Shown: piece after piece, positions 1 through 13,195 of the stretch
Layout: each line of letters begins with the position of its first letter
Position numbering within the stretch: position 1 is the stretch's first letter
DNA from: Pseudovirgaria hyperparasitica
Taxonomy: Eukaryota
NCBI GenBank assembly: GCA_010093815.1
Contig: ML996566.1
Length of the DNA stretch: 64,000 bases
Direction: 5' to 3' (one strand)
Made by a program: the position numbers and the translations under genes
The notes under the pieces: generated by a model
Seen by the model: the letters and a program-made list of their open reading frames with translations, nothing else
The model's database searches: none
Told to the model about the DNA's origin: nothing

Positions 1-651
1 ATCTAGTACCTCTATGTAGGTAGGATATTGCCCCCACGCCGTGAAGATCTCCACGAGTCATGGCTTATAGTACATATATAGTTACCACGTGTGGGGGTCA
101 TGTCATGTAGGGTTATAGATAGGTATTTTATTCGAAGTTTTGTGTGGATTGCTTGCGTAGGTATTTTTTGGGTCTGTGTAGATAGATATAACTAAATACT
201 GTATTGATGCGGATAGATTTGAAGTAATTTATCTGATGATAGGGTATATGGTGTATATATAAGACCTTTAGATAGGTGTCACATGGTATGATATCGATGT
301 TTAGATCTAGACTGTATGAATTTGATCTTTTGGCTTGGTTTGTTGTATCTACCTGCAACTTCCTTGCTTTAATCTTGTGTATACGCTAATATTTAGGACT
401 GTTAATATCTTTTGGCGGAGAAGGTATGGTTTGCTTCTTCGCTGGATGGGCTACCTAGAGAGATTCGTCATGTGTCGTATTATTCGTGGCGTCATCTCGG
501 CATATCTATTGATGTAGGCCTTTGCGTTGCATCGTAGATTCATGGCCATCAATGCCACTCGTTGGGTAATTTACGCAAGAGCATTCCGCTGCTTGAACTG
601 TTTTGGACGAGTACGTCCTTCGCGAGATGTACTGCTGACCCCAGACCAACC

Positions 652-1422
652 TCACCTCCACCCCCCAACCCTGCCCTCATCCCACCTCTCCTTCCGCTCC
701 CTCCTCAACCACGCCGTCTTCCGACCCTCCCTATACCTCCTCACAAACTCTCCCACCTCCCGCTCACTAGCCAAGCCCTGCTCGTCAAGGAAGCTCTCCT
801 CTAGCCCGCGGCAAAGCGCATCCTGTTCGCCCGCCGCCGCGCTCAAACGCTGATACAGACTCGGCGGACTGAACTCTTGCAACGCCGTGTCCTGCTCAGC
901 CTGCTTTGCGCGCCATTGTCGTTCGAGTGCACGTAGTGAGAGGAGGCGTGATTGCGTGCTTTGCCGCTGGTGTGAGAGGCGCGACTCGAGATCTTTGAGA
1001 GAGGAGGCGAGGGAGAGGTTTGCGGAGAGGAGGGCGCGGATGGGCTGTGCGGAGGCGGGGAGGGAGGGGTGTGTTGTATCGGGAGACTGGGCGAGGGCGG
1101 CGAGGAGGTCTGGGTCGGAGAGGAGCGTGTGAAGGTCGGTTGTGGTTTTGTCAGTTAGTGAATTGGGGAGCCAGCCTTCTTCGGGGCGTTGGATGATGGG
1201 TGTGGATTCTTGGGGTTGTTGGTAGATTTGAGGATGGCTCTGGGTGGGAGGAGCGGTGGAGTCGCATCGTGATGATTGTTCGGGGGGTGGAGGAGGTAGA
1301 GGAGGGCCGGATAGAGGTGTTGCTTGGCCGCTTGATTGCACGGATGGCTTTGGTGGTGGAGGTGGAGGCGGAGGAGTTGAGGGATCGTGGAAGTGAGCAG
1401 GATTGGGTGATTGGTAGGACAT
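652..1422 (-). CDS. VPS37: ESCRT-I subunit Vps37/Srn2-like (Mod(r)-type C-terminal domain)
   Basis: 256-aa intronless ORF with a Pro-rich N-terminus, a central coiled coil and a C-terminal LSAAAGEQDALCRGLEESFL...FVRRYREGRKTAWLRRERKERW segment resembling the Vps37 C-terminal domain. Confidence 0.75.
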   Translation of the reverse strand: MSYQSPNPAHFHDPSTPPPPPPPPKPSVQSSGQATPLSGPPLPPPPPEQSSRCDSTAPPTQSHPQIYQQPQESTPIIQRPEEGWLPNSLTDKTTTDLHTLLSDPDLLAALAQSPDTTHPSLPASAQPIRALLSANLSLASSLKDLESRLSHQRQSTQSRLLSLRALERQWRAKQAEQDTALQEFSPPSLYQRLSAAAGEQDALCRGLEESFLDEQGLASEREVGEFVRRYREGRKTAWLRRERKERWDEGRVGGWR

Positions 1423-3623
1423 GATCGTGCAGTTTCTGATATGGTCCGAAGTGAGTAGGTCTTCTAGAAGGCTGAATAATGGAATGCTTCGTTACGTGTC
1501 TATCCGCACAGTGTTATGGCGTCTTATGATTGGTGCGCATTGTCGGAGTGTATATGACGCTTGAGTGCTATAGCTGGCCAGTCGGCTTATCGTTGATCCT
1601 GACCCGAATGCGCGCACGTTCCCTCCCGAGAAGCTAAGCTTTCAGCACGGATGCAGGCTTACCGCATCAAGTGCACAAGAACTCACAACAACAGTGCTGC
1701 ATACTTCAGAGAGAATCGTGACCGTTTCATGCTCCGAGCTTCCTGTATGCCGCGGATGTCTCCATAAATGATTGTTACTGGCATCTGGGCAACTCAGGGG
1801 TTTTCCGTTTGTCTGTCTGGCGAGTGACCCATGGAACTGATCAATGTACATCGCCCATTAATGGAACTGGAACCCTTGGGCGATGACCTACACATCTTTA
1901 CTACTGTGGAGCGTCATAGCAGGAGGACCTTATAGAAAAAACGTGACTAACAGCTGTAGATCAGCAAGTATGAAGCCGTCACATGTCTTGCGAGGCGCTA
2001 TGACAACGGACCGCAAGCAGAAATGAAGACGTGCGTGCGCCAACGGATGCCCAGGGGCCCATGTCCATCTTTATGATCCATAGTCCATATTGCTGCTGTC
2101 GTTGATCTGCTGCTCAGCAATGCTAGCCGCCCCTGGAAATTATGCCTCGCTACTCCATTATGTACTACTGAGTAGTACAAGGGTAGTGTAGGCACAAGAG
2201 AGGGGTGCAGACATGACTACTCGTAGGGTTTCATGACCTGCAGGCGCCACGTCGGTCGGAACGCCTGAGACATTATGTCGTAGGTGTATCTCTTACGGAG
2301 GCGCATAGCACGTGGGAGTTGAATACGAAAGAGAGACGTCTGTGTGGTGTGAGTGAATATAATTGAAGCTGAGTGCTGCGCCAACGTCGACCAATTGTCA
2401 GAAGACGAGAGAGTCGAGGGCAAGGCGAAAGCGGCACGGGCGAGATGACCACAAATCTCACTACTCCATGCGACGATGCGATTTGAGCTCCAGTGCGCAA
2501 GTAGGAGATGAAGAGAGGACTGATCGATACTTAATTGGTGATGGGCCAATCGTGTAGGCGCGTCGCTTGGCTTTTGGAGGATGCGCAAGGGGAGGGGGGT
2601 GTATAGGTAGTGGAGGCAGCAGATGGCGCACTTGTAGGTCTCGGCAGCGCGTTCCTGCATAAGACCATGAGCAATCAATTCATCGTTATATCCATATATA
2701 CATTGAACGTCCTGAATTATTGAAGGCAATAGTTACTGTGTATGAAGATAAGGCGCCACACAGTATGCGCTCTGAGGAAGAAGCCATAACGTCACGTCGC
2801 GATGCGCTGGCGAGGGAATATGTCGAGGTCCTGCGCACGAATCAGCGCGTAGCAGTGAGCGCAGAAGTGCAGACGGGACAATTCTGAAACGTCCAGCGAG
2901 GATGATGTGTTTATCGAAAATAATTATGCCGACAGCGATGCACCCAAAGTCCCCGAACAACCAGCATCCAGCAATAATATTGGCAACTGGGAGCCAGGTA
3001 GATGTATTAGCACGGTACAGAGTCATTTGCATCCCAGAAACAGGAGAAATGGGGGGGTTGTGTGTGCTCAGAGTGCCTGAACTCCAAGGGGGATTCTCAG
3101 GGTCTGACTGGCGCCCTCTACCACTATTCACTGGGCGGTATTCGGTGGTTTTCCCCTGGCTAGGACAGACAAGTGCGGACGACTACAACTACTACAGGTT
3201 TAGTCTCGCCGGTCCTGAGGCTGGTACTGATACTTGGCGAGGGATAGCTAGTGAGAGCCGCCTAAACGATGTTCCCAGCGAAGCCTTGCGGAGGCACTTT
3301 GTTGCTGTTGTAGGGGAGTTTGGCGCGCGGCCAGCTCTACTTACGCCAATCATTCACCACCGCCTTCGTCCTATTGATGTCTGGCGCACTCACCTCCACC
3401 ACCACCACAACACCCCCCCCTGGCACATTTCCCCAAGCCATCCCATCCCCTTTACTTCGCCATTCCCAAATCGCTCCATCAGCCTTCTGTCTTTGGTCGA
3501 AACTCGAAAGTGACTGGCAAGTCCTATCTCCCATACACACACTCACACACTACTACCATTGTCTCTTTGTGCAAACCATGCCACATGCCCTCCAAGACGC
3601 TATAGCCTTAAGATAAGCTCACA

Positions 3624-6600
3624 ATGGAATCCCAACATCCTCACCCTCCCTCATCCTCTCATCAACCTCCTTCGCGCTCTGCTCCGCGACACAAAGCAAC
3701 CTCTCTTTCTGGCCTCCAACCTGCTTCTTTTGCGGCGATTCGTGCGCAGAACTCACAGGTCCCTTCCCCTGTTCGTCGCAAGCCATTGCCTGGACAGCTA
3801 TCACCTCAGACCACTCGCTACTCCTCCATCGACATCTTTCACAGCCACAAGCCAGACGACAGGTACTCGAAGCGGTGGCATTCTGTCGATAGCCCTACCT
3901 TGCCAGACCTGCACCACGGACGCTTCAACCAGTCCTTGCCACCGGTGCCAGATCCAGGAAGTCCAACAGAGGCCACATTCCCAGACGCAGACACGTAAGA
4001 CAAACCGCATGATTATGTACCTCCATCATTCACTGACTGTCAGCATCAGACCCGCTCACGTCCGCGATAACTCGCTAGCCGCCAGGTTAGACGACTTCCC
4101 GACCCCTCCATCGTCACAACCATCAAGATCACGGACTCGTGCCCGAACATATTCCAAGGAGCCTGCGCGGCATGACATAGAGAGCGATAGCGACTACGGT
4201 GCACACGATTTGATCTTCGAGGAGGAGGAACCGGCAGAAGAGCCTACTCCTCAGCCTCAACGCCAGTCCCAGACTATGCCCAACTATTACGCCGGTGCTC
4301 AGCCTGCTCTCGACATACAATTTGATGACTTCCTAGACGATTACAACACGTCTCCTCAAAGTTCGCCGCCACGAAAACTCAAATCTCCGAGTGAGAAACT
4401 CACCTCCTTCTTCGGCTGGAGCAAGCCGAGACAGTCATCTGTCGAGGAGCGATCGTCAACAACAACATTCTCAGAGAGGTCGGCATCGCCTACAAGTTCG
4501 CCCATGTATGCTCGCCAGAATGGTGACAGTGCTCCTCACAATAAACCTACACCTGCTGCCCTGGACATACCAAAGGCCAACGCCTCAGACGGAGGTTACT
4601 TCAACGTCCCAGGCACACCTCTGCTATCACTCTCACCACACATGAACGCTCACGTCGAGGAGCTTGAGCGCGAGCTCAAGCATATCAGCTCTGAACTCGC
4701 AGCATCGATACGACGCGAGATGGAACTCGAAGACGAGGTCGAGCGTTGTAAAAATGAAATACCGGCCACGGCCACGGAGCGGCGAACGAGCGATTACTAC
4801 TCCGACTCCGGAGCAAGTTCGACTAGATATCCTTTTGGTGACAGCGAAACCAAGCTTGATGAGCTGGAGAAGCTGAGGCGGAAAGCTGAGCAAGAGAAAG
4901 CTCAGATAAGATCTGATATGGCCTCAAGGATACAAGAAGAGTTGCGTCGCCGTCGGGACTTGGAAGCTCAAGTCCAGAAACTGGAAGAGCAACATCACGG
5001 ATCGCGAAGAGGTTCACAAGAGGTGCCGTATCGAGAATTAGAATCACAACTTGAAGATGCGAAGAGGAGACTTGTTGAGGAGAAACAGGTCAAGGAGAAC
5101 TTCGAAGACTTACTATCCGCGCTACAAAAAGATCTGGAACTCCACCGCAATGAGCGAGACAACCTGCGAGACGAGGTCGTCCCTGCACTCAAGGCTAGAG
5201 TTGAAGGACTTGAAGCACAGGCCGCAGAGTCTCAAGACGCCACGTATGAAATGAGCCGTATGCAACAAGAGATGGCCCATATAAAGAAGCAAAGAGGATT
5301 CAGATCGATCGCTGAGGAAGACGACGGCTCCACGTCACCTCGGATGGGTTTAAGTCGCTCAAATTCTCTTGCCCGTCACTCGATCACAGGTGGCAAAAGG
5401 GGCTCTCTTACTAGGTCGAACTCAGTGAAAGAACTTGCCAAGTCCGAAACGAAAGAGGTGTTATCTGAACGTGTCAAAGATATTGAAGAACAAAGGAATG
5501 CACTGCACCGTGCTTTGAAACATTTGATCATTAGACACGAGTCACAGTCAAGGGAACACTCAAAGCGGATAAGGATACTGGAGATGGAGCGTGATGCTGC
5601 CTTGAATGCGTCGCCCCGCCGTACCGCCTTCCACAAAGAAGTAACCAATCTTAGAGACGAAGTCAATCTTCTTCGACGGCGCGCAGACGATGCTCTCGAC
5701 CAGAAGTGGCAGGTCGAGAAGGGACTAGGCGGTCTCAAAATGGACCTGGATCGAGCTCAACAAGAGACGAGCTCGTTACGACAAGTTCTACAAGAGCATG
5801 ATATCTCAGTTCCGGAGTTGACCCTAGGTGCTGAAGACAGCACTGCCTCTCCTCTCGACAAGGCTTATAAGGAATTACAGACAACACATGCACTCTCCAT
5901 CGCAAGGATCCGAGAAATGAATTCTAATGATCATGCGGACAATGATGATGCTCTAGGCCTCCTCATCCAGAGCATTTCGGATGCTGAGGCTGAGCGCGAT
6001 GCCGCCCACACGGAAGCTGAGCGGTATCGTTCGCAAGCACGCGCATTACAACAGTCCGAGTTGGCTCACTTGAGCAAAGAACAGAGTCTAGCTTCCGATC
6101 TGTACGCTGCCGCTCAGCGTATGGACGAACTCAGCGGTAAAGTTGAGCGACAATTGAGCGCGAATAAAACCCTCCGTGAACGTCTCACCAAAGCTGTCGC
6201 TCGTGGTGATGAAGAGCAAAAGGCTTCTGCTGCTAAAATCATCCAACTCGAACGGAAGCTTATGGCCGAGGAAGACTTGGTCATGAAGGCCCAGTCCCAG
6301 TCTGACGATGTCATTGCTCGTCATGAAGACGAGGTGAAGGCTCTCAAGGAGTCGTATGGTGCCCAACTCCAGCGTATGAAGTCTGGCCTCAAGTCTCCGA
6401 TGGGACACCCTTCACCCCTGAGCCCTCTTCTCCTGAAGAGCCCAAGACTCGACAAGACAACGAGCGGACTAGGCGTGTCATTCAACGAGGCCACCCAGGC
6501 TGACTCTCTCGAGAAGCAAGTCAAAGATCTTGAGAAGGCTCTCCGTGACGCCGACCGCGAGATGGAAGAAGTCGTTGGCCGCATGAACAAGGCGCAGATT

Positions 6601-6711
6601 GAAGTTTTCGAGCTCCAAACCGACAGAGATGAAGCTATGCGCCAGACCAAGAAGCTACAGGCTGCGATGCAAGCAGAGCGTGAGAAGGTCAAGGCTCTGA
6701 TGAATGTATGA
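3624..6711 (+). CDS. Large coiled-coil protein of unknown function
   Basis: Exon 1 is 3624-3994 (MESQHPH...VPSPVRRKPLP). Intron 3995-4049 (GTAAGA...CTGAC...CAG) joins it in frame to the long ORF ending at 6711, which has extensive E/K/R/L/Q heptad repeats. Confidence 0.75.
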
Positions 6712-7746
6712 TTTCCCTGGAAATAGAACATACCCTGGACGACCATTACTGGACCCTGGTTCACGATCTTGGTCCTACGTTCGTTCCGTGGTACACCAAA
6801 CCGCCCCAGTACCCAGATCTTGTCCGTCATTACACGAACTGCCTGTCACTTGTCACCTGTCATTTGTCACTTGTCGCCTCCACTTGTACAAACCGGTTCT
6901 AGAAACTGCATATACCCGTCTTTCTTGACAAAGGTCCTTGGCGTTCACGAAATCTCATTTAAGCCGAATCAACTGTCACCACACCCGGCACACTAATCCT
7001 TACGATAAACCTCACGAACCGAAACTAATTATCTCTCTTTAATATGACCCGGTTCGCCCGGTATGTCGCTTGCGTCTTCTGTTCCCATAATCACAGCATT
7101 CTCCCATTCGAACCTGCTTGACGAGCCGGATAAATACCTCAGGCCTTCTTATCACCACCAACCACTGCCTCCGTCCGAAGTGCTCGGGCCGGCGCCTATT
7201 CCTTCTTCTTCATTATCATTATTCTTGACCTCACGCCGCTGGATGAAGTTTTTTCTTTAGTGTTTGACATGCATGCATGCATGCATGGGATTAAATGCAT
7301 GATTTGCGAGCGAGCGAGTCTCGTGCGTTTGGTTGACAATCGCTTCTTGCCTTTTTTTGTTTTATTGCTCTGCTCTTATTCTGGAGACGCGTGTCCATTG
7401 CAGGAGGAAAATCAAAGAGATATCTTCTTTGCTTGCTTGCTTGATTGCTTGCCTTGTATCATCAGTTCGTTGAGTAAAGATTTTGTTTTTTTCACTGCGG
7501 AAGAAAGCTTTCTGGAATTCTAGATGCTTAGATGGGCTGAGGGTGACGCAATCAATGGAGGGAGAGGAGAGAGATAGAGGAGATAGAAGGGCGGTGAATG
7601 GGTGGGAATTGTAAAGATAGAGAGAATTCAAGATGAAGTAAGATTTGATCGAAGACGCGGACTTTGCTGTGTGTATGTGTACGGTGATCGTCTTGATCAG
7701 TTTCTGGTCTACTACTAATTTCCACTGTTGTGTGTGTGTATCGTAT

Positions 7747-9787
7747 CTACCATCCCCCTCCTATACTACTCGCCAGCCCAGCTACACGCTCGACATCGCT
7801 GACTTTCTTCGCTTTGCCCTTCCTGCTGTTGTTGCCGTTGTTGCCGTTGCTGCCTACATCACTCTCGACCTCGCGATAGCTCGTGAAGACGAGCTTGTCA
7901 AGGGGTATCTGCGTGACGTCCGCCCAATGCTGCAGTACCTCGTGTATATACCGATGCGAAATGCCGTTTACTACTACGTCTACCTCGGAATTCAGAATCT
8001 CGGTTGTGGCTAGATTTTGTGCTCCGCCTCTTCCTCTTCTTGTATCGGCGTCCATGTCTACATCCACATCCATAGAATCTCCGGGTCCAACATCGTCCCT
8101 GTCCTCGCCTTCTGACGAAGACGACGACGACGACGACGCAGAATAATACGCCTCGTCGACGCGGGCCAACCACTCCTTTTGCTCTTTCACGCCTGGCTTG
8201 ACCTGCACTCCTTCCATACCACTCATACCATCCGCAACACCCAGACTATTATCTCCTCGTACATCCGCCACCTCACTGACTTTGATCTGACCCCCGCCAT
8301 TCGTGCACCCGCCGGGACAAGCCATGACCTCTACATAGGCGAACTCATCCGCCGCGCCAGCCCCACCGCTATGCGACGACGATGATGCAGCAATCTGACG
8401 CGCCGCGGCCCCCGGAATACGACTTGCGCGCTTCGGCTTAAGCCGGCGCACGAGGTTTTGGATATTGCGGAAGCCGTAGAAACGTGCTGTTTTGAGGACT
8501 GTAGCGCCGGTGGCGCGGTCGACCAAGGCGTGTTCGAGCACGTCGGCGTTGCGACCGCGCGACGTGGTGATTGTGAGGTGAGGTGAGGTATGTGCTAGCG
8601 TGGACATTATGTGGTGCAGGTAGCCGCCGGAGGAGCCTGCGGCGGGAGAGCCATTGGCTTTGGGAGTTGAGGGGAAGAGAAAGGAGGAGAGTATTGGATC
8701 GGGAAATGGGATATGTGCGATGGGAGTCAAGGGGAGAGATGAAAGGGAGATAGAGCGGGAAGCGGCAAGGTGGACGAGTTCGCGAGCGGTGATGACGCAG
8801 TCGACGTCACGGACCGGCTGATGTTCGAGTGTCTGGGCGGATTGGGGGATCCAGGATGCGGATGTGAGTTCAGAGCGGGAGGCTTCTAGTTTCTTATCGA
8901 AGCAGGGCATTATAGCAAGGTGCCAGATCCTGCTTGGGGAGATGTTGAGTTTCTGGCTCAGGACTGACTTGACGAGCGTGCCAGCTAGAGCTTGGGGGCT
9001 CTTCAGTCTTGATAGATGCGGGAGGACGTATGGATGTGTTTTCTCGGCATAGCATATCCATCCAGGACACGCAGACGTCAAAATTGGTTTCTTGGGTGTG
9101 TCGGAAGAACAGCGTAGGGACGCCTGAACCTCGTCTGCAGCGAGTACGAGTGCTGCTTCTCGAAGGGTGTTGGTATCGAGTACCCAAGTGAAACCACTGC
9201 GGTATGTACCACCGCTCTTCAGTCCTTGAGGGCCCGAGAGAAGTTGCGCCACCAGATTACCAGCCTGTCTTTCCGTTATATTGTACGTCGCAGCAAGGCT
9301 GGCACGGGCTTGTGGACTCATACTCGCAACAAAGACCAACGATTCTGCATCTGATATGCCTACTGTAGTGTTCACGCCATCTAGCGCTTTCCCCGTCCCA
9401 ATGACCCCTCCGTTCACCAGGCCTCTTTTACAGTCCTCAGCACTTTGTGCTAACTCTAACGACGGATGTGCGTTGAGGGTATTTGCAACCTCAGTATGAC
9501 TTTGGAGGCTCACGAGCACTGCTTCAGCAGAAGTAACACATCCTGAGCAAGCAAGGCAATCGGTCAGAGAAATCGAAGCGGGAGGCGCATTCAAGGCGGC
9601 GACTTTATCTTCGGTAGTGACTTCATAAGGATTCTGGAGTCCGCAATCAGCATCGGACCATGACTTTGAAACATTAGAAACGGACCTCATTACTTGTTTC
9701 CTTAGGAAGAGTCTCTATGGGTTTTATGCAAGCAACGCCGGGCGAAATGAAGTCATTCAGATCGTCAGAGGACAAGATCGCGCTCAT
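7747..9787 (-). CDS. NAR1: Cytosolic Fe-S cluster assembly factor Nar1 (Fe-only hydrogenase-like)
   Basis: Exon 1 reads [23 protein letters not shown]. Intron 9634-9685. Motifs [41 protein letters not shown] and [16 protein letters not shown], with a terminal Trp. Confidence 0.95.
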
Positions 9788-10176
9788 GGTGGGATGCGAC
9801 CGGAACAAAAGGCACAAGTGGGATAGACAGGAGCGCTCCGGTCATATACAAAGGATTCAGTGTCCGGCACTGTAAGTAGAAAGATGGAAGAGCATTGGGG
9901 CGACATGAGGGATCAAACGCGACGAGTAGAAGCGAAGTGATTATAAACGCAAACAAATCAGACCAGGCGATAGCGGAGCGGAGAAAGAAATGTGACTTGA
10001 TGTGGCGGAATCTGGAAACATGGCAGCTGGGGCCTCTTTGAGGCATCAAGGCAGTATTTTAGCCTTCATTAATTTCACCAAGTCACACCGCGTCCGCAAC
10101 GTCCTCTGCACAACCACCACTTGACTCTCGACTCACAAACATATCAAAGACACGCAACGTTCGAATACGCGCAAAT

Positions 10177-10471
10177 ATGTCTGGCTACCAACCCACGTCT
10201 GGACCGGCTTTCAACGCCCAGCCCACGAACAACAGCGAGTACGAAACCAAGCCGGTGAACTACGTCTGCGGCGATTGCGATGCGACGGTGTCGCTGAAAG
10301 CTGGCGATGCTATCCGCTGCAGAGAGTGTGGGCATCGTGTACTCTACAAGATGCGGACCAACAGGTAAGGTCAAGCTGGCTCAGAATGAGTCGTGGTGTT
10401 TTTTAGGCGTGTTCTGTCAAATTTGCCTGCTAACATGCCTCCTTAGAATGGTTCAGTTTGAAGCGCGATGA
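10177..10471 (+). CDS. RPC10: RNA polymerase I/II/III shared subunit RPABC4 (Rpb12)
   Basis: Zinc ribbon YVCGDC...IRCRECGHRVLYKMRT. Intron 10365-10446. Last exon MVQFEAR*. Confidence 0.96.
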
Positions 10472-11073
10472 TGGCAAATAGGGCGGAACATTGATCTGGT
10501 GAATTCACACGGCGTATAATACGGATGATGGGAAGTTGGGAGTCAAGGCGCATGTTTTCAGGTTATAGCTGAACAAGAGAGAATGCAGCGAGTAATCCTG
10601 CAACGGCTCTGCTATCACTGTTAAGCCATAAGGACTATCTCTACACGATCAGGAAACGTCACGAGCCGAATGATTTTGAGGCAATCTCCTTGGTTGCATT
10701 GTTTCATGCAGCATCTACATGACTGCTACATCGTGCGTCTAAACCGCGCTCAACCATTCATAATCCATTCCTTCGTTTCGTCGGCTCCAGCCGAGTAGTA
10801 TTGACATGCTTCCCAACGCCCACACGAATAATCTGAAAATGCTAGGCTCGCTGCAGTCTTCGAAGACAAACATGTAGAGTAATATGAGCAGCTAGAAAGC
10901 ATTTCACAATCGCCGTGCTAAGAGCACTATAGCTTGGTAAGAAAATGACATGAGAAGTCTTTCAATTCTGTTGCTGTTCACTCGCTTCTAATTTCGTTCC
11001 TTTGATTGGTGCGTTCGGCGTCGGACAAGTCTTGGTGCACTCAGGGAGCTCTAGAAGACCCCCGGAACCATAT

Positions 11074-13195
11074 CTAGGATCCCCTGAATGCATCAAATCG
11101 CTTGTAGGTGTATCCAATAAACGGCAGGTTCATCTCGGCGGCCGCATCCTCACCTTGCTGCGCAGTCTGTGCGCGGAGGACCGCGCTGGTGTCATTCTGA
11201 TCGATCTCGTCGATGGGAAAGTACTGCGTGTCAATGGCGGACTGTAACTTGGGCTCGAAAGGCGCGCGAATGCGTCGTAAGCCGTCCCATTGCACGCCAC
11301 GGAAGAAAGGGTGTTGCTTGATTTCGTGGGCACCACCGATACGCCCAAGACGATCATCGGCTGCGCAAATAAGCCTTGACATGGCGTCAGTATATGGAAA
11401 CCAACTCCACAAACTCCCACTCACCTTCGAATAAAGTCGAGAGCATCTGGACTTAATTTGCAATCGGGAGGAAAAGAAAGATATCTTTGCCATTCGACGA
11501 TCTTGCGATACGTGTCTGGTGGCTCTTCCGCACAGAAAGGTGGCCAGCCAACCAAGCACTCGAACATGATAGTGCCAACAGACCACCAATCGCAGCCAAA
11601 ATCGTATCCATTGCCACTGAAAATTTCAGGTGCAATATAATCGGGAGTTCCGACCGTCGAATATGCAAGCTGTCGCCTCGACTTGCGCCAAGTATTGATC
11701 TGCGTCCGATTTGAGACGGTCAGCTGGATCTGGTCCAGATTCATGGAGTTTCGGTTATCGCGTGCTGACTTGTGTGCTCCAGCGCCTGTCATCAAGGTTT
11801 TATAATACCCAGCATCATGTTCTTTGTGAAATCCTGTAGACAGACCAAAATCAGTGAGCTTGATGTGACCTCCTCTATCAAGTAGGATATTGTCTGGTTT
11901 GATATCACTGGGACTTGTCAGCCATGATGAATGTACATTAGGTGGCTGTTCTTACCGATGTATAAAGCCAAGCTTATGAACAGCTTCTATAGCCAAAGCA
12001 ATTTCAGCCATATAGAATCGAGTTATATCTTCCGTGAAGACTTCATACTTGATAAGCATAGTCATGAGATCACCACCAGGGAGGAACTCCATAAGCATGT
12101 ACAGGAATGTGTTGTCCTGGAAAGTGGTGTGAAGCTTCACGACCCAGGGACTATCAGATTCAGCAAGGATATCACGTTCAGAGCGTACATGAGCCAGTTG
12201 CTCTTTCTTGAACTTCAAAAGTTAGTCTCAAAAGTGTCATGTTGATATATAGATGCCCATACCATCTCGGATTTGACAAGTGATTTCAGGGCGTAGACTT
12301 TGCCGTCGTTTCGACGCTGCACAAGCTTGACCTCACCGAATGCACCCTTGCCAATGATTTTCAGGGTTTGGAAATTCTCAGGCTTCTCCTTTGTGCGAAG
12401 GAAACGCAGAAAGTCAGATTCGGCCTGCTTCATCGCGAGACGTTTCGACTCTTTCCTGTTGCTGCTGATGCTCGGCTCTTTCATAATATGTTCGAGCTCC
12501 AGAGCTCTAATTCCAGAGTCAGTATCTCTGTCACGTTATTGAGGCAGGTTACCAATTCACCTTTGGTTACGATCACGCGCGCGCTGCACGCTGTCTTTGA
12601 AGAAGGTGCTGACGAGGCCAGTAGAGACTTTTGCTTGACGCACAATGTTATCCCCGTATTTCTCATTGCTCTTATCCGGAGGCGTTTCATCGTAGACTGA
12701 AGGCTGGCGGGGCATGGGAAACTGCGAGCCCATGTAGCCGCCATATTGTTGCTGTCCAGTCGCACCAGCAGTCCTCGGTCGCTGGCTACTCGGTGAAGGC
12801 TGTCGTCCGTACGGACTGCCTGATCGTGCAGCTCCACCGAGGTGTTGATTCGACAATTGATGAGCCAGACCATTCGCCTGCTCGTGGTATCCACCAGCGC
12901 CACGGTAGGCAGCTCCAGGTTGCTGGAGGTTAGCAGGTTGCTGGTACTGTGACGGATAACCGCCACCACCAAAAAATCCCTGACCGTACCCAGGCATATT
13001 CTGTTGTGCTCCCCATACTTCTTGTTGACCGGCCTGATTTGGAAAAACGGGCTGAGGAAAGGTAGAAGGGGTCGTAGGGAAGGCGCGTCCCTGGTCTGGA
13101 GCGAAGTTGCGATCCTGTGGGCCGAAATTCAGATGAAGGCGGTTCGGGTCTCTATTCTGCTGTTGTTGTCCCTGTCCCTGGCCATTGTAATTCAT
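11074..13195 (-). CDS. cot-1: NDR-family Ser/Thr kinase COT-1/Cbk1
   Basis: Q-rich N-terminus, then [38 protein letters not shown] and the hydrophobic motif [11 protein letters not shown]. Introns 12507-12560, 12213-12262, 11908-11955 and 11375-11424. Confidence 0.96.

Noticed and set aside
1..520. TA-rich start of the window as a RIP-degraded transposon
   Set aside because: No terminal repeats or TE-like coding remnants, and TpG is still frequent. It is consistent with the VPS37 3' region.
2902..3513. 203-aa ORF upstream of the coiled-coil gene
   Set aside because: No domain signal, and it runs through promoter-like low-complexity sequence.
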